Shown here piece by piece: positions 25,952 through 33,200 of a DNA stretch of 64,000 bases. The stretch lies in NCBI GenBank assembly GCA_000004985.1, contig GG738849.1; one strand, given 5' to 3'. This stretch comes from Naegleria gruberi. Lineage: Eukaryota. Positions within the stretch are counted from its first letter, which is position 1. Each line of letters begins with the position of its first letter. Below the pieces are notes generated by a model. That model made no database searches. It was not told where the DNA came from and saw only the letters and a list, made by a program, of their open reading frames with translations. Position numbers and translations under genes: made by a program.

Positions 25952-26844
25952 ACATTTAGAGATTGGATTGAATTGAAAAATCCAAGACTCACTGGAATAA
26001 CCATTGCAGGTAATAATTCCACTAAATTAAATAATAACCAAAAAGCCACAACTCTCTTCCTTTCATTTCTTTGTTTGAATATAATCATCTGAGGATGATC
26101 TTGAATATTTTCATAAGAATCCACTTCTCTGGTTCCTTTCAAAAATTGATATGATTTCCAAGATTTGTAAAAGCAAAAACCAGTCAAAATTAACAGTGTC
26201 AGAGTAACAAATGTTGCAAATAGGAATGGTACTAAAAGTGTTCCCACAAAATCCGAGTCATCATCCCACAAATAAGAAATCTTTAAATTTCCAATCACTG
26301 ACAGGTATTTGAAATATTTTACATTTGATAGATGCCATGGCAGATGAAAATCCGTGAACAATGTAATCCACTGAGCCAGTAATATAAAATGGCACACCAA
26401 TGACACCATTCCCTTATTTGAATGTTTGAAAATCTTGCCAAATAATCGTTCTTTCAAAGAAGACGCGTTTCGTTTCGAGTGTGTTGATGGAGTTGGCATC
26501 TTTTCCAAATCATCATCATTTCCAAAATACAAATACAATTCATAAAAGAAGTAATACAATCCCTTTTCTCTATCCTTCAAAGATAATTGTGGATATAATT
26601 TCTCATAACAAACATCATGATCAGACAATACACTTGCCGATGATACAATATTAGGAATTATTCTCGTGGTTGTTGTTGTTGTTGTAGATATTTGTTGTTG
26701 TTGCTGCTGATGATTATCTCCTCCTCCATTGGATACGATCAAACGAGTAGCCATCTGTTGTTGCTGTTGTGTGTTACTATTGCTATTCATCATCTGGGTC
26801 GCAGATAAATATTGTTGCTCCTCCTGTGGATGATTCGTAGACAT
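25952..26844 (-). CDS. Partial CDS, 5'-complete and 3'-truncated by the N block. Hypothetical membrane protein with an N-terminal Gln/Thr-rich low-complexity region and at least 3 predicted transmembrane segments. Translation: MSTNHPQEEQQYLSATQMMNSNSNTQQQQQMATRLIVSNGGGDNHQQQQQQISTTTTTTTRIIPNIVSSASVLSDHDVCYEKLYPQLSLKDREKGLYYFFYELYLYFGNDDDLEKMPTPSTHSKRNASSLKERLFGKIFKHSNKGMVSLVCHFILLAQWITLFTDFHLPWHLSNVKYFKYLSVIGNLKISYLWDDDSDFVGTLLVPFLFATFVTLTLLILTGFCFYKSWKSYQFLKGTREVDSYENIQDHPQMIIFKQRNERKRVVAFWLLFNLVELLPAMVIPVSLGFFNSIQSLN...
   Basis: I reverse-complemented and translated the sequence by hand. The ATG is the complement of 26842..26844. The frame stays open for 297 codons plus 2 nt down to 25952, where it meets the Ns. 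A stop-free run this long is very unlikely by chance at roughly 35% GC. An in-frame TAA lies 12 codons upstream (complement of 26878..26880) and there is no in-frame ATG between it and 26844. The start context is A-rich (aagaaaaaATGtct). Codon usage is coherent: AGA for Arg, TTG/TTA for Leu, CAA over CAG for Gln. The ORF is absent from the track, presumably because it has no stop in the visible sequence. Confidence 0.8.
25975..26052 (-). other. Predicted transmembrane segment 3 (VVAFWLLFNLVELLPAMVIPVSLGFF). It follows a basic loop KQRNERKR
   Basis: A hydrophobic stretch of about 25 residues. A positively charged loop (KQRNERKR) lies immediately on its N-terminal side, consistent with the positive-inside rule. 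Coordinates are approximate, and the protein continues into the masked region. Confidence 0.55.
26167..26250 (-). other. Predicted transmembrane segment 2 (FVGTLLVPFLFATFVTLTLLILTGFCFY), preceded by an acidic patch WDDDSD
   Basis: About 26 consecutive hydrophobic or small residues with no charge. This is the strongest hydrophobic segment in the ORF. Confidence 0.6.
26347..26412 (-). other. Predicted transmembrane segment 1 of the hypothetical protein (GMVSLVCHFILLAQWITLFTDF)
   Basis: A run of about 20 hydrophobic residues in the hand translation. Coordinates are approximate. Confidence 0.45.
26665..26685 (-). repeat. Imperfect (ACA)5-ACC-ACG trinucleotide tract on the coding strand, (GTT)n on the + strand, encoding Thr7
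   Basis: The + strand reads cgtggttgttgttgttgttgt. The minus-strand codons are ACA ACA ACA ACA ACA ACC ACG. Confidence 0.85.
26692..26709 (-). repeat. Imperfect CAG/CAA trinucleotide tract, (TTG)4(CTG)2 on the + strand, encoding Gln6
   Basis: The + strand reads ttgttgttgttgctgctg. The minus-strand codons are CAG CAG CAA CAA CAA CAA, preceded by CAT (His). Confidence 0.85.
26755..26769 (-). repeat. Imperfect CAA/CAG trinucleotide tract encoding Gln5
   Basis: The + strand reads ctgttgttgctgttg. The minus-strand codons are CAA CAG CAA CAA CAG. Confidence 0.8.
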
Positions 26845-27262
26845 TTTTTCTTGGAGAGTTTTTGGAAAGGCGCCACATTACAATTCAATAAACAAATAAA
26901 TTGGTTGTGAATATTGGAATATTGATAAATGTAGGCAAGAAAGACTGTAATGAAGGGAACATTTGAGGTAATAATCAGCAATAGAGTCATGACGATGAGA
27001 GAGTGAATTTATTGTTGATCGACTTGGTCATAGAGAAGAGAGTGAATGAGGGAAGGAATGGAAGTTTTTGATTCTTGAGCTTGGAGGGAAAGGAGATTGG
27101 CCAGCTCTGGATCTTTTTGGAGGTGAGTGAACATGCTGGTGGCTCTAATGTTTTCCAATTGAATGTTGTAATAGATGTGGATGTATTCAGTGTTGAAAGA
27201 GGAGAGGATGAGGACCAGTTCATTATTGTGTCGGGGAGTGAGCGAAAATTTTCCACAATAAC
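26845..27262 (-). promoter_or_regulatory. Putative 5' flank and promoter of the minus-strand gene. It is pyrimidine (CT)-rich on the gene's sense strand. Two CCAAT motifs lie at + 26900..26904 and 26913..26917 (attgg on the + strand). The ATG context is A-rich
   Basis: The region lies upstream of a well-supported ATG. The + strand is conspicuously purine-rich (for example gagaagagagtgaatgagggaaggaatggaag, ggagggaaaggagattgg, gaaagaggagaggatgaggaccag). The only minus-strand ORFs here are low-complexity and one starts at GTG. The assignment as promoter is inference. Confidence 0.35.
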
Positions 27263-30200
27263 NNNNNNNNNNNNNNNNNNNNNNNNNNNNNNNNNNNNNN
27301 NNNNNNNNNNNNNNNNNNNNNNNNNNNNNNNNNNNNNNNNNNNNNNNNNNNNNNNNNNNNNNNNNNNNNNNNNNNNNNNNNNNNNNNNNNNNNNNNNNNN
27401 NNNNNNNNNNNNNNNNNNNNNNNNNNNNNNNNNNNNNNNNNNNNNNNNNNNNNNNNNNNNNNNNNNNNNNNNNNNNNNNNNNNNNNNNNNNNNNNNNNNN
27501 NNNNNNNNNNNNNNNNNNNNNNNNNNNNNNNNNNNNNNNNNNNNNNNNNNNNNNNNNNNNNNNNNNNNNNNNNNNNNNNNNNNNNNNNNNNNNNNNNNNN
27601 NNNNNNNNNNNNNNNNNNNNNNNNNNNNNNNNNNNNNNNNNNNNNNNNNNNNNNNNNNNNNNNNNNNNNNNNNNNNNNNNNNNNNNNNNNNNNNNNNNNN
27701 NNNNNNNNNNNNNNNNNNNNNNNNNNNNNNNNNNNNNNNNNNNNNNNNNNNNNNNNNNNNNNNNNNNNNNNNNNNNNNNNNNNNNNNNNNNNNNNNNNNN
27801 NNNNNNNNNNNNNNNNNNNNNNNNNNNNNNNNNNNNNNNNNNNNNNNNNNNNNNNNNNNNNNNNNNNNNNNNNNNNNNNNNNNNNNNNNNNNNNNNNNNN
27901 NNNNNNNNNNNNNNNNNNNNNNNNNNNNNNNNNNNNNNNNNNNNNNNNNNNNNNNNNNNNNNNNNNNNNNNNNNNNNNNNNNNNNNNNNNNNNNNNNNNN
28001 NNNNNNNNNNNNNNNNNNNNNNNNNNNNNNNNNNNNNNNNNNNNNNNNNNNNNNNNNNNNNNNNNNNNNNNNNNNNNNNNNNNNNNNNNNNNNNNNNNNN
28101 NNNNNNNNNNNNNNNNNNNNNNNNNNNNNNNNNNNNNNNNNNNNNNNNNNNNNNNNNNNNNNNNNNNNNNNNNNNNNNNNNNNNNNNNNNNNNNNNNNNN
28201 NNNNNNNNNNNNNNNNNNNNNNNNNNNNNNNNNNNNNNNNNNNNNNNNNNNNNNNNNNNNNNNNNNNNNNNNNNNNNNNNNNNNNNNNNNNNNNNNNNNN
28301 NNNNNNNNNNNNNNNNNNNNNNNNNNNNNNNNNNNNNNNNNNNNNNNNNNNNNNNNNNNNNNNNNNNNNNNNNNNNNNNNNNNNNNNNNNNNNNNNNNNN
28401 NNNNNNNNNNNNNNNNNNNNNNNNNNNNNNNNNNNNNNNNNNNNNNNNNNNNNNNNNNNNNNNNNNNNNNNNNNNNNNNNNNNNNNNNNNNNNNNNNNNN
28501 NNNNNNNNNNNNNNNNNNNNNNNNNNNNNNNNNNNNNNNNNNNNNNNNNNNNNNNNNNNNNNNNNNNNNNNNNNNNNNNNNNNNNNNNNNNNNNNNNNNN
28601 NNNNNNNNNNNNNNNNNNNNNNNNNNNNNNNNNNNNNNNNNNNNNNNNNNNNNNNNNNNNNNNNNNNNNNNNNNNNNNNNNNNNNNNNNNNNNNNNNNNN
28701 NNNNNNNNNNNNNNNNNNNNNNNNNNNNNNNNNNNNNNNNNNNNNNNNNNNNNNNNNNNNNNNNNNNNNNNNNNNNNNNNNNNNNNNNNNNNNNNNNNNN
28801 NNNNNNNNNNNNNNNNNNNNNNNNNNNNNNNNNNNNNNNNNNNNNNNNNNNNNNNNNNNNNNNNNNNNNNNNNNNNNNNNNNNNNNNNNNNNNNNNNNNN
28901 NNNNNNNNNNNNNNNNNNNNNNNNNNNNNNNNNNNNNNNNNNNNNNNNNNNNNNNNNNNNNNNNNNNNNNNNNNNNNNNNNNNNNNNNNNNNNNNNNNNN
29001 NNNNNNNNNNNNNNNNNNNNNNNNNNNNNNNNNNNNNNNNNNNNNNNNNNNNNNNNNNNNNNNNNNNNNNNNNNNNNNNNNNNNNNNNNNNNNNNNNNNN
29101 NNNNNNNNNNNNNNNNNNNNNNNNNNNNNNNNNNNNNNNNNNNNNNNNNNNNNNNNNNNNNNNNNNNNNNNNNNNNNNNNNNNNNNNNNNNNNNNNNNNN
29201 NNNNNNNNNNNNNNNNNNNNNNNNNNNNNNNNNNNNNNNNNNNNNNNNNNNNNNNNNNNNNNNNNNNNNNNNNNNNNNNNNNNNNNNNNNNNNNNNNNNN
29301 NNNNNNNNNNNNNNNNNNNNNNNNNNNNNNNNNNNNNNNNNNNNNNNNNNNNNNNNNNNNNNNNNNNNNNNNNNNNNNNNNNNNNNNNNNNNNNNNNNNN
29401 NNNNNNNNNNNNNNNNNNNNNNNNNNNNNNNNNNNNNNNNNNNNNNNNNNNNNNNNNNNNNNNNNNNNNNNNNNNNNNNNNNNNNNNNNNNNNNNNNNNN
29501 NNNNNNNNNNNNNNNNNNNNNNNNNNNNNNNNNNNNNNNNNNNNNNNNNNNNNNNNNNNNNNNNNNNNNNNNNNNNNNNNNNNNNNNNNNNNNNNNNNNN
29601 NNNNNNNNNNNNNNNNNNNNNNNNNNNNNNNNNNNNNNNNNNNNNNNNNNNNNNNNNNNNNNNNNNNNNNNNNNNNNNNNNNNNNNNNNNNNNNNNNNNN
29701 NNNNNNNNNNNNNNNNNNNNNNNNNNNNNNNNNNNNNNNNNNNNNNNNNNNNNNNNNNNNNNNNNNNNNNNNNNNNNNNNNNNNNNNNNNNNNNNNNNNN
29801 NNNNNNNNNNNNNNNNNNNNNNNNNNNNNNNNNNNNNNNNNNNNNNNNNNNNNNNNNNNNNNNNNNNNNNNNNNNNNNNNNNNNNNNNNNNNNNNNNNNN
29901 NNNNNNNNNNNNNNNNNNNNNNNNNNNNNNNNNNNNNNNNNNNNNNNNNNNNNNNNNNNNNNNNNNNNNNNNNNNNNNNNNNNNNNNNNNNNNNNNNNNN
30001 NNNNNNNNNNNNNNNNNNNNNNNNNNNNNNNNNNNNNNNNNNNNNNNNNNNNNNNNNNNNNNNNNNNNNNNNNNNNNNNNNNNNNNNNNNNNNNNNNNNN
30101 NNNNNNNNNNNNNNNNNNNNNNNNNNNNNNNNNNNNNNNNNNNNNNNNNNNNNNNNNNNNNNNNNNNNNNNNNNNNNNNNNNNNNNNNNNNNNNNNNNNN

Positions 30201-33200
30201 NNNNNNNNNNNNNNNNNNNNNNNNNNNNNNNNNNNNNNNNNNNNNNNNNNNNNNNNNNNNNNNNNNNNNNNNNNNNNNNNNNNNNNNNNNNNNNNNNNNN
30301 NNNNNNNNNNNNNNNNNNNNNNNNNNNNNNNNNNNNNNNNNNNNNNNNNNNNNNNNNNNNNNNNNNNNNNNNNNNNNNNNNNNNNNNNNNNNNNNNNNNN
30401 NNNNNNNNNNNNNNNNNNNNNNNNNNNNNNNNNNNNNNNNNNNNNNNNNNNNNNNNNNNNNNNNNNNNNNNNNNNNNNNNNNNNNNNNNNNNNNNNNNNN
30501 NNNNNNNNNNNNNNNNNNNNNNNNNNNNNNNNNNNNNNNNNNNNNNNNNNNNNNNNNNNNNNNNNNNNNNNNNNNNNNNNNNNNNNNNNNNNNNNNNNNN
30601 NNNNNNNNNNNNNNNNNNNNNNNNNNNNNNNNNNNNNNNNNNNNNNNNNNNNNNNNNNNNNNNNNNNNNNNNNNNNNNNNNNNNNNNNNNNNNNNNNNNN
30701 NNNNNNNNNNNNNNNNNNNNNNNNNNNNNNNNNNNNNNNNNNNNNNNNNNNNNNNNNNNNNNNNNNNNNNNNNNNNNNNNNNNNNNNNNNNNNNNNNNNN
30801 NNNNNNNNNNNNNNNNNNNNNNNNNNNNNNNNNNNNNNNNNNNNNNNNNNNNNNNNNNNNNNNNNNNNNNNNNNNNNNNNNNNNNNNNNNNNNNNNNNNN
30901 NNNNNNNNNNNNNNNNNNNNNNNNNNNNNNNNNNNNNNNNNNNNNNNNNNNNNNNNNNNNNNNNNNNNNNNNNNNNNNNNNNNNNNNNNNNNNNNNNNNN
31001 NNNNNNNNNNNNNNNNNNNNNNNNNNNNNNNNNNNNNNNNNNNNNNNNNNNNNNNNNNNNNNNNNNNNNNNNNNNNNNNNNNNNNNNNNNNNNNNNNNNN
31101 NNNNNNNNNNNNNNNNNNNNNNNNNNNNNNNNNNNNNNNNNNNNNNNNNNNNNNNNNNNNNNNNNNNNNNNNNNNNNNNNNNNNNNNNNNNNNNNNNNNN
31201 NNNNNNNNNNNNNNNNNNNNNNNNNNNNNNNNNNNNNNNNNNNNNNNNNNNNNNNNNNNNNNNNNNNNNNNNNNNNNNNNNNNNNNNNNNNNNNNNNNNN
31301 NNNNNNNNNNNNNNNNNNNNNNNNNNNNNNNNNNNNNNNNNNNNNNNNNNNNNNNNNNNNNNNNNNNNNNNNNNNNNNNNNNNNNNNNNNNNNNNNNNNN
31401 NNNNNNNNNNNNNNNNNNNNNNNNNNNNNNNNNNNNNNNNNNNNNNNNNNNNNNNNNNNNNNNNNNNNNNNNNNNNNNNNNNNNNNNNNNNNNNNNNNNN
31501 NNNNNNNNNNNNNNNNNNNNNNNNNNNNNNNNNNNNNNNNNNNNNNNNNNNNNNNNNNNNNNNNNNNNNNNNNNNNNNNNNNNNNNNNNNNNNNNNNNNN
31601 NNNNNNNNNNNNNNNNNNNNNNNNNNNNNNNNNNNNNNNNNNNNNNNNNNNNNNNNNNNNNNNNNNNNNNNNNNNNNNNNNNNNNNNNNNNNNNNNNNNN
31701 NNNNNNNNNNNNNNNNNNNNNNNNNNNNNNNNNNNNNNNNNNNNNNNNNNNNNNNNNNNNNNNNNNNNNNNNNNNNNNNNNNNNNNNNNNNNNNNNNNNN
31801 NNNNNNNNNNNNNNNNNNNNNNNNNNNNNNNNNNNNNNNNNNNNNNNNNNNNNNNNNNNNNNNNNNNNNNNNNNNNNNNNNNNNNNNNNNNNNNNNNNNN
31901 NNNNNNNNNNNNNNNNNNNNNNNNNNNNNNNNNNNNNNNNNNNNNNNNNNNNNNNNNNNNNNNNNNNNNNNNNNNNNNNNNNNNNNNNNNNNNNNNNNNN
32001 NNNNNNNNNNNNNNNNNNNNNNNNNNNNNNNNNNNNNNNNNNNNNNNNNNNNNNNNNNNNNNNNNNNNNNNNNNNNNNNNNNNNNNNNNNNNNNNNNNNN
32101 NNNNNNNNNNNNNNNNNNNNNNNNNNNNNNNNNNNNNNNNNNNNNNNNNNNNNNNNNNNNNNNNNNNNNNNNNNNNNNNNNNNNNNNNNNNNNNNNNNNN
32201 NNNNNNNNNNNNNNNNNNNNNNNNNNNNNNNNNNNNNNNNNNNNNNNNNNNNNNNNNNNNNNNNNNNNNNNNNNNNNNNNNNNNNNNNNNNNNNNNNNNN
32301 NNNNNNNNNNNNNNNNNNNNNNNNNNNNNNNNNNNNNNNNNNNNNNNNNNNNNNNNNNNNNNNNNNNNNNNNNNNNNNNNNNNNNNNNNNNNNNNNNNNN
32401 NNNNNNNNNNNNNNNNNNNNNNNNNNNNNNNNNNNNNNNNNNNNNNNNNNNNNNNNNNNNNNNNNNNNNNNNNNNNNNNNNNNNNNNNNNNNNNNNNNNN
32501 NNNNNNNNNNNNNNNNNNNNNNNNNNNNNNNNNNNNNNNNNNNNNNNNNNNNNNNNNNNNNNNNNNNNNNNNNNNNNNNNNNNNNNNNNNNNNNNNNNNN
32601 NNNNNNNNNNNNNNNNNNNNNNNNNNNNNNNNNNNNNNNNNNNNNNNNNNNNNNNNNNNNNNNNNNNNNNNNNNNNNNNNNNNNNNNNNNNNNNNNNNNN
32701 NNNNNNNNNNNNNNNNNNNNNNNNNNNNNNNNNNNNNNNNNNNNNNNNNNNNNNNNNNNNNNNNNNNNNNNNNNNNNNNNNNNNNNNNNNNNNNNNNNNN
32801 NNNNNNNNNNNNNNNNNNNNNNNNNNNNNNNNNNNNNNNNNNNNNNNNNNNNNNNNNNNNNNNNNNNNNNNNNNNNNNNNNNNNNNNNNNNNNNNNNNNN
32901 NNNNNNNNNNNNNNNNNNNNNNNNNNNNNNNNNNNNNNNNNNNNNNNNNNNNNNNNNNNNNNNNNNNNNNNNNNNNNNNNNNNNNNNNNNNNNNNNNNNN
33001 NNNNNNNNNNNNNNNNNNNNNNNNNNNNNNNNNNNNNNNNNNNNNNNNNNNNNNNNNNNNNNNNNNNNNNNNNNNNNNNNNNNNNNNNNNNNNNNNNNNN
33101 NNNNNNNNNNNNNNNNNNNNNNNNNNNNNNNNNNNNNNNNNNNNNNNNNNNNNNNNNNNNNNNNNNNNNNNNNNNNNNNNNNNNNNNNNNNNNNNNNNNN

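Larger units (their letters stand above)
26665..26844 (-). other. Region encoding the polar low-complexity N-terminal ~60 aa of the above protein (Q/N/S/T-rich, with runs Q5, Q6 and T7), likely intrinsically disordered
   Basis: Direct translation gives MSTNHPQEEQQYLSATQMMNSNSNTQQQQQMATRLIVSNGGGDNHQQQQQQISTTTTTTT, with no hydrophobic stretch. Confidence 0.7.

Noticed and set aside
26461-26540. Possible phosphatase or hydrolase motif in the NDDD / KRNAS segment
   Set aside because: The acidic triplet and the R-x-x-S site are generic. There is no surrounding conserved catalytic context (no DxDx(T/V), PSGH, HxxxD or similar), so this is not evidence of enzymatic function.
26845-26865. Possible 3' splice acceptor just upstream of the ATG on the minus strand (pyrimidine-rich ...cctttccaaaaactctccaag | aaaaaATG), which would mean an unseen upstream exon
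   Set aside because: An in-frame TAA lies 12 codons upstream, and the ATG has a good A-rich initiation context. The N-terminus MSTNHPQEEQQ... looks like a genuine start. No branch-point or donor evidence is available. It is kept as a caveat on the start-codon assignment only.
26888-26899. AATAAA / AAATAAA polyadenylation-signal-like motifs on the + strand
   Set aside because: The + strand upstream of them is antisense to the CDS and carries no gene whose 3' end they could serve. Such hexamers are expected by chance in AT-rich DNA.
26790-26990. Track ORF, minus strand, 66 aa (MTLLLIITSNVPFITVFLAYIYQYSNIHNQ...)
   Set aside because: It overlaps the well-supported start of the 297-codon gene (26790..26844) in a different reading frame and extends through its 5' flank. 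The composition is Ile/Leu/Asn/Tyr-rich, typical of random AT-rich sequence. Its codon usage is not coherent with the main gene. Judged spurious.
26950-27006. Short + strand ORF ATG AAG GGA ACA TTT GAG | GTAATAAT ... (19 codons to TGA) with a GT donor-like site after GAG
   Set aside because: It is too short and has no supporting acceptor or downstream exon visible. GTAATA is not the yeast-type GTATGT donor. It is indistinguishable from chance.
26987-27256. Track ORF, minus strand, 89 aa (MENFRSLPDTIMNWSSSSPLSTL...)
   Set aside because: It starts at GTG (complement of cac at 27254..27256), not ATG, and the rest of the locus looks eukaryotic. The product is a Ser/Thr/Leu/Phe/Pro-rich low-complexity string, which is what reading the antisense of a GA-rich tract would give. 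It lies in the putative promoter of the real gene. Only 6 nt exist upstream before the Ns, so no RBS can be assessed. Most likely spurious.
25952-27262. Searched for CRISPR repeats, tRNA or rRNA-like structure, inverted repeats or terminal repeats of a mobile element, and toxin-antitoxin or defence-gene motifs
   Set aside because: None is present in the 1.3 kb of real sequence. The only repeats are short coding trinucleotide tracts.
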